From the NCBI GenBank assembly GCA_964490395.1, contig CAZBAS010000004.1, positions 30,615-94,614 on the forward strand: DNA of 64,000 bases, given 5' to 3'. The stretch comes from an uncultured Candidatus Saccharibacteria bacterium. GTDB lineage: Bacteria > Patescibacteriota > Doudnabacteria > UBA920. The notes beneath the pieces were generated by a model. The model did no database searches and was not told where the DNA came from. It saw only the letters and a program-made list of their open reading frames with translations. Below are positions 1-8,569 of this stretch, piece by piece; the first letter of the stretch is position 1; each line of letters begins with the position of its first letter. The position numbers and the translations under genes were made by a program.

Positions 1-133
1 GTATATACTTCGCCGGACATCCTCATTTTCAAAAGAAATGAAGCCATTCCTGCCGGGCAGTAGGGTAGTGCTGTGTGCCTGACTATGCTGAATGCTAATA
101 AGTCTATTAAGTAGTTTCTGGTAGAATATAATA

Positions 134-1414
134 ATGAAATTTAACCTATTACCTAAAAGTATAATACTGGCCATTGCTGCAACTATTGCGCTCTTATATG
201 CTCCGACCCCTACTTTCGCAGCGCCTTTGCCGACCCCACCTGCAGGGCAGCTGTGGCACTATCAATGTATAGATACCATGAAAGTTTCGCGGGATGCTGC
301 GCGGGAGTTTTTGAGTAAGCCCGAGTATGCTACAACATTCATAGTCAAAGAAGTTGCGGAAATTAAATCCCTGGGCGCAACGTGCATAGCCATAGATACT
401 CCGTACGATGAAGAATTTGTTCCGCTTATAGCAAAGTGGGTAAGTGCGAGCAGGCAGCAAGGTTTGAACGTGTGGTTCCGCGGAAACTTTTCGGGGTGGG
501 AAGCATGGTTTAACTATCCAAAATTAAAAAATGGTGCAGAACATTCTGCGAAGCTTTCGGAATTTATAACTAAGCATGCAGACTTGTTTGCAGATGGGGA
601 CATACTTAGTCCTGCGCCAGAAGCAGAGAATGGAATACTTGGAAATCCCTGGCGCACAGAAGCATCTAAACAACAGCTGCGAGACTTTGTGTGGCAGTCT
701 AGCGATGCATGCCAAAGGGCGATTGCGGGAATAAACAAAAAAGTACACTGCGGGTGGTTTAGTGCAAATGGCGATGTAGCGCGTGATATATATAACCACG
801 ATCTATTACAAAAAGCTGGTGCGGTTACGGTTATAGACCACTATGTTTCTAGTAGCAGTCGCATGGGTAGGGACTTAGATACGTACGCAAGTAAACAAGG
901 GTTGCCCATAATGATAGGGGAGTTTGGCGCACCCATTTTAGATATAAACGGACCCATGTCCGAAAGCCAGCAAGCGCAGTTCGTAGGGGAGTTGTTTCGC
1001 CAGTTCTATACCCACAAGAGTACGGTAATAGGCGTAAACTACTGGGTACTCCGTGGTGGTTCTACCTCTATTCTGAACGACGACGGAAGCGAACGGCAGG
1101 TGGCAAATGTCATACGCGACTATTTTATGCCTGGGCAAATTACCGGTAGAGTAGAGGACGGCCTGGGTAAAGCAATGAAGGGTGCGACTATTTCTACTGG
1201 GGATGGGGTTACACAAGTTACCACGAATGATAAAGGAGAGTATAGTATTTCCGCTCCTGCTGGTGGGCTCGATATTTCTATTACAAAAGACTCCTATACA
1301 ACGGTAAGTGCGAGAACAGAGTCTGTGCGCGGCGGTAAAACAATAGTAGACATTCGTCTTGACCCCCTTAAACCAAGTTTTTGGTATAAGGTTCGAGCAA
1401 AGCTGCGTTTATAA
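134..1414 (+). CDS. Secreted glycoside-hydrolase-like protein (TIM-barrel, clan GH-A-like) with C-terminal carboxypeptidase-regulatory-like beta-sandwich domain
   Basis: N-terminal signal peptide (MKFNLLPKSIILAIAATIALLYAPTPTFA). IGEFGAP motif resembles a GH-A nucleophile region. C-terminal segment GRVEDGLGKAMKGATISTGDGVTQVTTNDKGEYSI resembles a CarboxypepD_reg domain. Family assignment is by eye only. Confidence 0.5.
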   Translation: MKFNLLPKSIILAIAATIALLYAPTPTFAAPLPTPPAGQLWHYQCIDTMKVSRDAAREFLSKPEYATTFIVKEVAEIKSLGATCIAIDTPYDEEFVPLIAKWVSASRQQGLNVWFRGNFSGWEAWFNYPKLKNGAEHSAKLSEFITKHADLFADGDILSPAPEAENGILGNPWRTEASKQQLRDFVWQSSDACQRAIAGINKKVHCGWFSANGDVARDIYNHDLLQKAGAVTVIDHYVSSSSRMGRDLDTYASKQGLPIMIGEFGAPILDINGPMSESQQAQFVGELFRQFYTHKSTVIGVNYWVLRGGSTSILNDDGSERQVANVIRDYFMPGQITGRVEDGLGKAMKGATISTGDGVTQVTTNDKGEYSISAPAGGLDISITKDSYTTVSARTESVRGGKTIVDIRLDPLKPSFWYKVRAKLRL

Positions 1415-1552
1415 ATAAATGTATCTCAAGGCTTGATTAAACCCCCAATCTGGCTTATACTTTGTCTAGCAAATACCAACATACAACACGCTGAACCAAC
1501 GGGGTCAGCGTGTTGTTGCGTAGTAAAACACAAAAAACTTTGAGGAGACACT

Positions 1553-1972
1553 ATGTTAAACAAAACGGCCATGCAGGCCTTACTGGTTTTAGTCTTGGTT
1601 CTTATTCCTGTTTCCATTGCATCTGCACAACCTTCCACTGGCGACTTTAAAAAAGCGGCAAAACTGCAGTCTGAGCTTTCGAAACAAAGAAAGACGACCT
1701 GCAATTCTGTGAGTAGCTTTGCTGATGGGGTGAATGTGGAGTTCCATAATTGGCATAATGATGAAGAAGTGGTCATAGTTCTGGTCTTCATCAATGCTTA
1801 CCACCCAAGCGCCCAGGACCAAAAAAAGCTGCTTCAGATGGTTGGAGACGACGACTACACCTTGGAGTACTCAGAAACCCGAGTGGATGGTGGTAAGGGG
1901 CGGGAATCGGCTGGGTCCTATCTTACTTTCAAAAAACGGGAGCCAGCCAGGACGGTTCCAAAAAAGAAGTGA
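1553..1972 (+). CDS. Small secreted hypothetical protein; paralogue of the 2132..2626 product
   Basis: Signal peptide present. Shares YSETRVDGG...GSYL and FHNWHN/FQLWKN segments with the next ORF. Confidence 0.4.
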   Translation: MLNKTAMQALLVLVLVLIPVSIASAQPSTGDFKKAAKLQSELSKQRKTTCNSVSSFADGVNVEFHNWHNDEEVVIVLVFINAYHPSAQDQKKLLQMVGDDDYTLEYSETRVDGGKGRESAGSYLTFKKREPARTVPKKK

Positions 1973-2000
1973 TATTGAATAGGCACGGTCAAACTTTGTC

Positions 2001-2030
2001 GCGGGGCACCCAGCTAGTGCCCCGCGCTAT
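2001..2030 (+). terminator. Possible intrinsic terminator hairpin after the 1553..1972 gene
   Basis: GC-rich hairpin gcggggcac-ccagcta-gtgccccgc followed by a weak T-rich tract. Confidence 0.3.
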
Positions 2031-2131
2031 ATTTACTGGCAAGAAATACCCCCCTAACGCTCTTGCTATGCTCAGTTAGACGGTTCTAGCTGGGAGTTGA
2101 CTACCCAAACGGGTAGTGTGTGGAGATATGA

Positions 2132-2626
2132 ATGGAGAGGAATATGAATTTGAAAAGAGCCTTCTTATTTGCAGTCTTTGCGTTGCCAGTGTCTTTGGCC
2201 GTGGTGAGTTACATGTATGCGCCGGACCATAGCCATAGCGGCAATGCGAAGGAGTATGCGGGTCGGGCGGCGGATGCTGAAAGGGTAGTTTTTCAAAGTA
2301 GCGCGGAAGAACGAGGTGGCATTCTCTTGTACTTCCAGCTCTGGAAAAATAAAACAGAACATGAGCTCATTACCATCAAGGTGAACTCAACGCATCCATT
2401 CTGCAGAGCTCTTGGTACGGCGGCAGGAGAGTACTTTATTACTTATTCTGATAGCAGGGTGGATAGCCCCGCTAGCGAAGAAACCGATGGGTCTTATTTA
2501 GACATAAGCCCAAAGGTTCCCGAGGGAGGAATTAGATTAATAGGGCTGACCACACGAAGTCAGTCATTTCACAGAAGCTTGCCGCGGGGTAAGCTTCTTT
2601 TTCATTTTATACATATATATAAATAA
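2132..2626 (+). CDS. Small secreted/membrane hypothetical protein; paralogue of the 1553..1972 product
   Basis: N-terminal hydrophobic segment. Shares YSDSRVDSP...DGSYL with the upstream ORF. Confidence 0.35.
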   Translation: MERNMNLKRAFLFAVFALPVSLAVVSYMYAPDHSHSGNAKEYAGRAADAERVVFQSSAEERGGILLYFQLWKNKTEHELITIKVNSTHPFCRALGTAAGEYFITYSDSRVDSPASEETDGSYLDISPKVPEGGIRLIGLTTRSQSFHRSLPRGKLLFHFIHIYK

Positions 2627-2825
2627 AACCGCAGCGTACTGTCTGCGACTGGGAAAACCCAATAGTGCTTGTTAAATTACACATTTTAATGTTTGCAATG
2701 CTCAGGGTAGGTGTTTGCTTTTAAATGTGCTTTGTGGTATAGTACGCAAAGCAAAAACAAACAGCTCGCAATTAGGCGGGTTGTTTGTTTTTCCGAAATA
2801 GAATTTAGCCAAAAAGGAGAAAGTC

Positions 2826-2975
2826 GTTGAGAATTAGAAAGGTCTTAATAATTCTTTTGCTGCTCTTGTTGGCGCTGCTTGCAAGTTCGGTTTTGACTCC
2901 AACAAATAAGCAATCCCCAACTCAGCAAGAGTCGAGCGAGCCAGACCAACAGCCAAGCCCGGACCCACTGTAGGG
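2826..2975 (+). CDS. 49-aa signal-peptide micro-protein (TTG start); absent from the ORF track because it is under 60 aa
   Basis: Strong SD (aaaaaggagaaagtcg) 8 nt before TTG. Translation LRIRKVLIILLLLLLALLASSVLTPTNKQSPTQQESSEPDQQPSPDPL. Confidence 0.3.
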
Positions 2976-3035
2976 TCGGGGCACGCCAAAAAACTGCTCA
3001 AGAAATTCTTGAGCCACAAACATGAGGCGGAGCTA

Positions 3036-3167
3036 ATGAAGTTCGCGAACAACTTGCTTCTTGCTCTAGTATTTTTACTGGCATTTGCCGCAGTGTTGTA
3101 TTTCGGCAATGCCGTAGCGCAAATGATAGGGAGGATTATTGCAAAGCTCGGAAGAGTTTTGCAGTAA
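3036..3167 (+). CDS. 43-aa single-TM micro-protein
   Basis: Translation MKFANNLLLALVFLLAFAAVLYFGNAVAQMIGRIIAKLGRVLQ. Coordinates are +/-2. Confidence 0.25.
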   Translation: MKFANNLLLALVFLLAFAAVLYFGNAVAQMIGRIIAKLGRVLQ

Positions 3168-3180
3168 CATAGCTAACTCA

Positions 3181-3270
3181 AACAGAAAGCAGCTTAACCT
3201 GCTTTCTCCGACCACCCGGACACGAGTGGCAACCCGCGCATAATTACTGCGCACAAAAAAGGAGACACAT
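3181..3270 (+). promoter_or_regulatory. Conserved hairpin-rich leader element, copy 1 (three stem-loops directly before the SD of the 3271 gene)
   Basis: Stem-loops gaaagcag-cttaac-ctgctttc, ccac..gtgg and gcgc-ataattact-gcgc, then aaaaaggagacacat ATG. Homologous to the elements at 3459 and 3929. Confidence 0.5.
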
Positions 3271-3450
3271 ATGCCGGGGCTATTTGCTGGCGTTGTATTC
3301 TTTCTCATTGCGTGTGGGGTGGTAGGTTGGTGGACCGGTACAAGCTGGAAGTTTTCTTGGCTTCCGCTTGGTATAGGGATAGTGCTCTTAGTAGGGTACG
3401 TATTAGTGGGGAGTAGTGTTTCCCACGAGCCACCAAACCGCGAGAGTTAA
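3271..3450 (+). CDS. 59-aa two-TM micro-protein
   Basis: Translation MPGLFAGVVFFLIACGVVGWWTGTSWKFSWLPLGIGIVLLVGYVLVGSSVSHEPPNRES. SD ggaga 6 nt upstream. Preceded by leader copy 1. Confidence 0.35.
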   Translation: MPGLFAGVVFFLIACGVVGWWTGTSWKFSWLPLGIGIVLLVGYVLVGSSVSHEPPNRES

Positions 3451-3458
3451 AAAACCTA

Positions 3459-3549
3459 AACGGGAAGTGGCTCAGCCTGCTTTCCAAACACCACTGACCG
3501 TAAGTGGAAACCCGCGTAGGCATTACACTGCGCACAACCAGGAGAATTC
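3459..3549 (+). promoter_or_regulatory. Conserved hairpin-rich leader element, copy 2
   Basis: Sequence aacgggaagtggctcagcctgctttccaaacaccactgaccgtaagtggaaacccgcgtaggcattacactgcgcacaaccaggag. About 85% identical to copy 3. Stem 1 keeps its pairing through a G-U wobble. Confidence 0.5.
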
Positions 3550-3897
3550 ATGCTTACTGTAATTTCATTGGTTATTCTAGGCTTTCTTGCCTGGAGGAGG
3601 GAAGTTGGGCTCCGCCGCAAAATTGCCGAGTTGGAAGCTGATTTGCTTTTTGGTAACGCTACCATAACCAGCTTTGAAAAAGACGGTTATGGGTTCTTGC
3701 TGAAGCTTAGGACCGAGCATAATGGCATGAGGAGTCTATTTTTGCCACCCAATCACGAGTTTCGCCACCAAGTCGGTACTTGTGTGAGCGTTCGTATTAG
3801 ACCCAGCGGCAAAGAAAAGGCACGCCTGAGCCTTGAGCCGGCGGATAAGCTAAAAATTACCAACCTTGACGCCGTAACTGAACAGCCAGATGACTAG
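3550..3897 (+). CDS. Hypothetical membrane-anchored protein (115 aa)
   Basis: ORF with N-terminal TM (MLTVISLVILGFLAWRR). Preceded by leader copy 2 and an SD. Confidence 0.45.
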   Translation: MLTVISLVILGFLAWRREVGLRRKIAELEADLLFGNATITSFEKDGYGFLLKLRTEHNGMRSLFLPPNHEFRHQVGTCVSVRIRPSGKEKARLSLEPADKLKITNLDAVTEQPDD

Positions 3898-3928
3898 GAC
3901 CGCATAAGTCATTTTTGCTGTTCAAAAG

Positions 3929-4026
3929 AACGGGAAGTAGCTCAGCATACTTCCCAAACACCACTGACTGTAAGTGGGAACCCGCGCAGATACTACATTG
4001 CGCACAACAAAACGGAGGTGAGCACC
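3929..4026 (+). promoter_or_regulatory. Conserved hairpin-rich leader element, copy 3
   Basis: Sequence aacgggaagtagctcagcatacttcccaaacaccactgactgtaagtgggaacccgcgcagatactacattgcgcacaacaaaacggagg. Stem 1 is a perfect gggaagta/tacttccc pair. Confidence 0.5.
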
Positions 4027-4680
4027 ATGCTCAAAATATTTAGTCTTCTTAGCTTTCTGGCGACAATATTGCTTGCAGCACTATATTCGTCAAAAAAACG
4101 AGAATGGGCGGAGGCCGAAGGTCTGCTTGGTCAATCAGAGGCGTCAAAGTATAAAGGAGAAATTTTTGTCGTCGGTTTTATAGAGACGGCAAAGTGTGTC
4201 ACATTTGCACTTATTGGCGTTGACGGATGGACTACTCTAGAAGTTTTTGAGGGTAGTCCAATTCTAGAGGGGTTGCGAAAGAGGTCACAGCACCTTCTTT
4301 GGTTTTCTCTGAGTTGTCTCACGGAAGGTGACACGGCACCCAAAAGGAACCCTGCACGTTTTCTCGATTTTACGAGATTGCTTCAGCGCGCAGATCTTCT
4401 TCAAAGGCACCTTGGTGACATCGCAATAAAATTCCATTCGTTCCCTAAAATGCATCAAGAGGATGCTATCCTTTCAGCGGGGGAAGCAGCAGACATCCTA
4501 GTTGAGTGCTGCAAGGGGTTTAATGCTATTCATGGCGTTAGAATTGCATTGTGGGTGGACTCAATGAGGGGTATGTATGGTGACGAATCTGAGATATTAA
4601 AGGTTCTCGATAAGCTCGAAGAGGATCTTGGCATTTCGTCAATCCGTCGGTTGATGCAACTTCTTCCTGAAGAATCCTAA
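4027..4680 (+). CDS. Hypothetical protein with N-terminal TM
   Basis: The track ORF starts at GTG 4018. ATG at 4027 has better SD spacing (aacggaggtgagcacc ATG). Confidence 0.45.
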   Translation: MLKIFSLLSFLATILLAALYSSKKREWAEAEGLLGQSEASKYKGEIFVVGFIETAKCVTFALIGVDGWTTLEVFEGSPILEGLRKRSQHLLWFSLSCLTEGDTAPKRNPARFLDFTRLLQRADLLQRHLGDIAIKFHSFPKMHQEDAILSAGEAADILVECCKGFNAIHGVRIALWVDSMRGMYGDESEILKVLDKLEEDLGISSIRRLMQLLPEES

Positions 4681-4744
4681 ACTTACACCTCAAGTCCACT
4701 TGGACTACTCACAGCTGGGGTGTGTGCAATTTCAAAAACTAAGG

Positions 4745-4850
4745 CGATCGCTGTGATCGTCTTTTTCTTTTACCAATTTTCCGTCGGAGTGGTCATCCCG
4801 CTCAGTGGAATACTAACCACGCTTAGCGTGGTCATCTTTGCAACGGGCTT
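4745..4850. repeat. Intergenic repeat R1 (palindrome-containing), paired with the copy at 5560
   Basis: Shares gatcgtctttttctttt(a/g)ccaattttc, actaaccacgc(t/c)tagcgtggtcat (itself a perfect palindrome) and ggtcatctttgcaacgg with 5560..5690. Confidence 0.55.
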
Positions 4851-5006
4851 CATCCAATTCAAAAAACAGCAGTATTGCCGGAAGGTGTATTTTGTGTTAA
4901 AGTATAGCCGGCATTTTGAACCACATGCGTGGGAAAAAATGGCCATAGGCACACAAATTAAAAAATGTGCAACAAACAACCCGACGGAACAAAAAGAAGG
5001 TGGAAA

Positions 5007-5495
5007 ATGAAATTCAGAACTACAATTGTGGTAGGTTTTCTCACACTGCTCGCTATCGGAGCATTTAGTTTCTATGCACACAACGGCTCGGCCGCAACGC
5101 CGCAGAAACAGTTAGCCACAATCTATTTGGCAATCGCGAATAGGCCGGGTGCGGTTGAAAATCAAGAGCACGATGCAACGCATACTTCTGGTGCGCTAAC
5201 CGTTGATGGGACAAGGTTTGAGATTCAGTTCATCTCAAACTTTTCTAACGCCGATATGCCGGCAACCATTACTAGGATTGGGAAAGATCATACGGAGATT
5301 TTGACAATCTCCAGAAGTGGTGATCTTATCGAATCCTACGACATGCCCAACACGCCTGGGGCAACGCCTCAGAACAGGTGGAGCCAAAAAGAAGGTGGTG
5401 CGGAAAACGACCAGGCCATGGGCACTGTTCGTCGCGACAGTTGGTTGAAAATTCTGGCTGAGAAGCTTCAACCGCCTCCGGCACCTGTAGGCTAA
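5007..5495 (+). CDS. Hypothetical secreted/membrane-anchored protein
   Basis: SD aaggtgg before ATG 5007 (MKFRTTIVVGFLTLLAIGAFSF...). The track start at 4965 is a 5' extension. Confidence 0.5.
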   Translation: MKFRTTIVVGFLTLLAIGAFSFYAHNGSAATPQKQLATIYLAIANRPGAVENQEHDATHTSGALTVDGTRFEIQFISNFSNADMPATITRIGKDHTEILTISRSGDLIESYDMPNTPGATPQNRWSQKEGGAENDQAMGTVRRDSWLKILAEKLQPPPAPVG

Positions 5496-5559
5496 TACGC
5501 TGTCCCACGCAGCTGGGACATAGCCGCGGGCAAATTCATGAACTTACAAACACAGACGA

Positions 5560-5690
5560 TGCTGCGATCGTCTTTTTCTTTTGCCAATTTTCATTTTGAT
5601 GGTTGCAAAGATGACCATTGCAACCAAAATTTCCGTCGCAATGGTCATCTTTGCAACGGCAGTACTAACCACGCCTAGCGTGGTCATTCC
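5560..5690. repeat. Intergenic repeat R2, with nested inverted repeats
   Basis: Homologous to 4745..4850. Contains gttgcaaagatgaccat ... atggtcatctttgcaac, a 17-bp perfect inverted repeat. Confidence 0.55.
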
Positions 5691-5907
5691 CAACCTGATT
5701 GGGAATCCAGTCGGCCTACCAGCCGACATCAAACTAGTCCAATAATCCCGCTTGTATGGCGGGACTGGATCCCCGCCCGCTTCGTCCGAACTACAGCGCG
5801 GCGAGCATTCGCGAGGATGACAGAAAATATTTTTATAGATAAAAAGAAAGAGTAGTGCAGGATGGGCTTTTAGGCCAATCACTTACACTACTCTTTTGTT
5901 GATGCTT

Positions 5908-6312
5908 TTACCACTCTGGGTATTCAGTCCTTGCGACTGTCCTACCAGTGTGGCCCATCCCTTTTAAGTGCTTCTTCTCTTCACCAACCATGGCTGAGCG
6001 AAAAGCAATTATCGCCAGCACAACGCCAATTATGAACGTGTGCATCATTGGCATCTCCATAAAATTGAAGAGTCCAACTTCAAACTCGATAATTGCTAAC
6101 GTGATAATCGCCACTGTAGCAGCCAATACGTAACTATTTTTCCATGCCATCGCGCCGATGGCAATTATGAATAGTACAACGAAGGCCGTCGCAAGCATCT
6201 CCTTCGAAAAGGTATTGCTGAGAAAGCTCTCAAAAGATTGGAAAGGGTCGTTGTTAACGACCTGCAAAAATATTGTTGTTAAAAGCATTTGTATTATTCC
6301 TCCCGGAATCAA
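5908..6312 (-). CDS. Hypothetical integral membrane protein (about 4 TM)
   Basis: Hydrophobicity pattern only. Confidence 0.4.
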   Translation of the reverse strand: MIPGGIIQMLLTTIFLQVVNNDPFQSFESFLSNTFSKEMLATAFVVLFIIAIGAMAWKNSYVLAATVAIITLAIIEFEVGLFNFMEMPMMHTFIIGVVLAIIAFRSAMVGEEKKHLKGMGHTGRTVARTEYPEW

Positions 6313-6721
6313 ATTGTAATATTGTGATTTTGCGTGTAAGTAACTGTTTTATTGGGTTGTTTTGCTCTTATTAAGAGCTTTTCTTCCCACAGTTACCAGG
6401 TGTTTGTGTTAAAAATACTATAACATATTATGCACAATATGTCAAGTATTAACGCACAAAAACACCGTATGTTACAGCGGGGAACGGGCAATTGCTTAAT
6501 TACCTCTTGCTTAGTAGGGATTAAATAAACTTCCGCAGAGAAACGGTAAATTAACTTTTATCTATGCAGTTTTCCCCAGGTGAGCATGATAGTATATATG
6601 TATGTCCTCTACACGGGATGGAGTCAGCATCGCCTGCAGCTTTGCTTACACATCCAGCACCTTCTGGAAAAAATACCATTAAGTAAGAAGTGCGGTAGGA
6701 CAGAAAAGCTTAAACTCAAAT

Positions 6722-8218
6722 ATGAAAAAGAAATTATGGATTGTCGCAGGGCTTGGGAGCCTTGCCCTCGTAGCTGCCATCTACCAAGGTGTACAGCTTA
6801 CCCGTCAAAACGCAGCACCTTCATACGAACCCATTAGCAAGCGACGCGCACTAGAACTACAAGCAAACAATCTCAGTGTACAAGCCGGCCCTACCACAGA
6901 TACCATTGTTGTGCCGCCGCCAGCCACTCCTATGGCTGCAGACTCTACTGCACCTGCGGTGCTTGGCACCTCTGTGGCAGTGGACCTTACCGCTCCTACA
7001 CTTGCCTGTTTGAGTGGAAAGCTTACTGCAAAACTTTCTTGGACTGCAGGCAGCGGAGTAACTTCTTATATTATTGAAAAGAAACCAGCAGGCAGCAGCG
7101 ACTCCTCGTGGGTTGCAGTGTCTCCTAAATTACCAGCAACAGTTTTGTCTTATACAGACGCCAACGTGAGCCAAAGCGGCTCATGGACCTACCAAGTACA
7201 CGCAGTAGCAAGCAGGAAGAACATCTACTCAGATGAGCTCACCGTAAACAGCTACTCGTGTAGCGCCGCAGCATTCTCCGGTGGTGCAACTCCTACCCCA
7301 ACACCGCCACCAGCCGCAGCTCCAACTCCTACCCCAACTCCAGCCCCGCAGCCAACCCCATCTCCAATAACTACCGCAACTGTTCCCGCAACTACGAACA
7401 TGCAGTGGGGTGCATATGTAGGCTGGCGCACAACCGATTTGCCTGCGTTTGAATCTACCGTTGGCAAAAAGGTAAACATACAAGCCACCTTCGTGCACTG
7501 GGGAAATGAAAACCAGTTTCCTTCAGACTTAGCAGCGCCTTTGAAAGCTTCGGGTAAAACCTTGCTCATATTCTGGGAAGCCATGGACTACAATGGCGAC
7601 GTCATAAACCAACCTGCATTTAGCTACGACAGAATTCTTGCAGGGGATTATGATAGTTACATAAAGAGCTTTGCAGCCCAAATAAAAGCCTATGGTGCTC
7701 CTGTTATTGTAATTCCGTTTGAAGAAGCAAATGGAGACTGGTACCCATGGTCTGGTACGGTAAACGGCAATACTCCTGCCAAGCACATAGCTGCCTACCG
7801 CAGAGTACATGACCTCTTTGCCGGAGTATCGAACGTAAAGTTTGGATGGAGCATGAACAACGACTCCCAGCCAGACACTACAGCAAACAAACTGGAAAAC
7901 TATTACCCAGGTGATGCGTACGTAGACTACGTGGGTGTAAATGGATTTAACTTCAACAATCCATGGCAAACCTGGGACCAAGTATTTGGCCCAGCACTTA
8001 CCAAGCTTACTCAGTACAACAAACCAACCTACATATTCTCTATGGCCAGTGCTCCTGGCACGCAGAAAGCTACCTGGATAACTACGGGTATAGGCAGCAG
8101 CCTTAAGAAGTATCCCAAGGTTGCTGGCTGGGTATGGTTTAATGAAAACAAGGAACGCGACTGGCGCGTAAACTCAGATGCCACATCGCTGAGTGCGTTT
8201 AAGGCAGTGCTTCCGTAG
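6722..8218 (+). CDS. Secreted GH26-like (clan GH-A) glycoside hydrolase with N-terminal anchor, Fn3-like region and Pro/Thr linker
   Basis: IPFEEANGDWYPW resembles the GH26 HEMNGxWYxW acid/base motif. TPTPTPPPAAAPTPTPTPAPQPTPSP linker. N-terminal TM/signal segment. Confidence 0.55.
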   Translation: MKKKLWIVAGLGSLALVAAIYQGVQLTRQNAAPSYEPISKRRALELQANNLSVQAGPTTDTIVVPPPATPMAADSTAPAVLGTSVAVDLTAPTLACLSGKLTAKLSWTAGSGVTSYIIEKKPAGSSDSSWVAVSPKLPATVLSYTDANVSQSGSWTYQVHAVASRKNIYSDELTVNSYSCSAAAFSGGATPTPTPPPAAAPTPTPTPAPQPTPSPITTATVPATTNMQWGAYVGWRTTDLPAFESTVGKKVNIQATFVHWGNENQFPSDLAAPLKASGKTLLIFWEAMDYNGDVINQPAFSYDRILAGDYDSYIKSFAAQIKAYGAPVIVIPFEEANGDWYPWSGTVNGNTPAKHIAAYRRVHDLFAGVSNVKFGWSMNNDSQPDTTANKLENYYPGDAYVDYVGVNGFNFNNPWQTWDQVFGPALTKLTQYNKPTYIFSMASAPGTQKATWITTGIGSSLKKYPKVAGWVWFNENKERDWRVNSDATSLSAFKAVLP

Positions 8219-8260
8219 GAGGCAAGGTAGAATCTTGAATTACGAATCAAGAATTATGCA

Positions 8261-8296
8261 CAGAGACTCTTCGCAATCGCGGAGAGTCTCTTTTAA
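8261..8296 (+). terminator. Intrinsic terminator after the GH26-like gene
   Basis: Hairpin agagactct-tcgcaatcgcgg-agagtctct followed by tttaag. Confidence 0.5.
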
Positions 8297-8569
8297 GCTA
8301 AGGAGGTTGAATTTTCGCAACAGGGGAGTGTAACGTTGTGTGCGGTAAAAGCAATATGCTAGTTACAGCCTTTGGCCCATTTATCAAAGTTCCGTTGTGC
8401 ATAACTATGCGGTGAGCATATGCATTACGCCACAAAACTGCTTATTTACAAGCAAAGAAAGACTTTGACAAAATAGGCAATAAGTTATATAGTAATACGA
8501 TGGCTTTTTAGCTGTTACTGCTATAACGAGCTATTTTTTATTGTCGTAAAAACGACTAATCCTTTTTCC

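Noticed and set aside
3176-4026. Repeated ~90-bp elements between small ORFs could be integron attC sites (a gene-cassette array).
   Set aside because: The elements consist of three independent hairpins. They are not one long imperfect palindrome with complementary RYYYAAC/GTTRRRY ends. Both ends read aac.. / ..caac, which are not complementary. No intI is nearby.
4720-5010. 96-aa ORF 4720..5010 as a gene.
   Set aside because: It runs through the intergenic repeat R1 and into the better-supported 5007..5495 gene. It has no SD and is likely repeat read-through.
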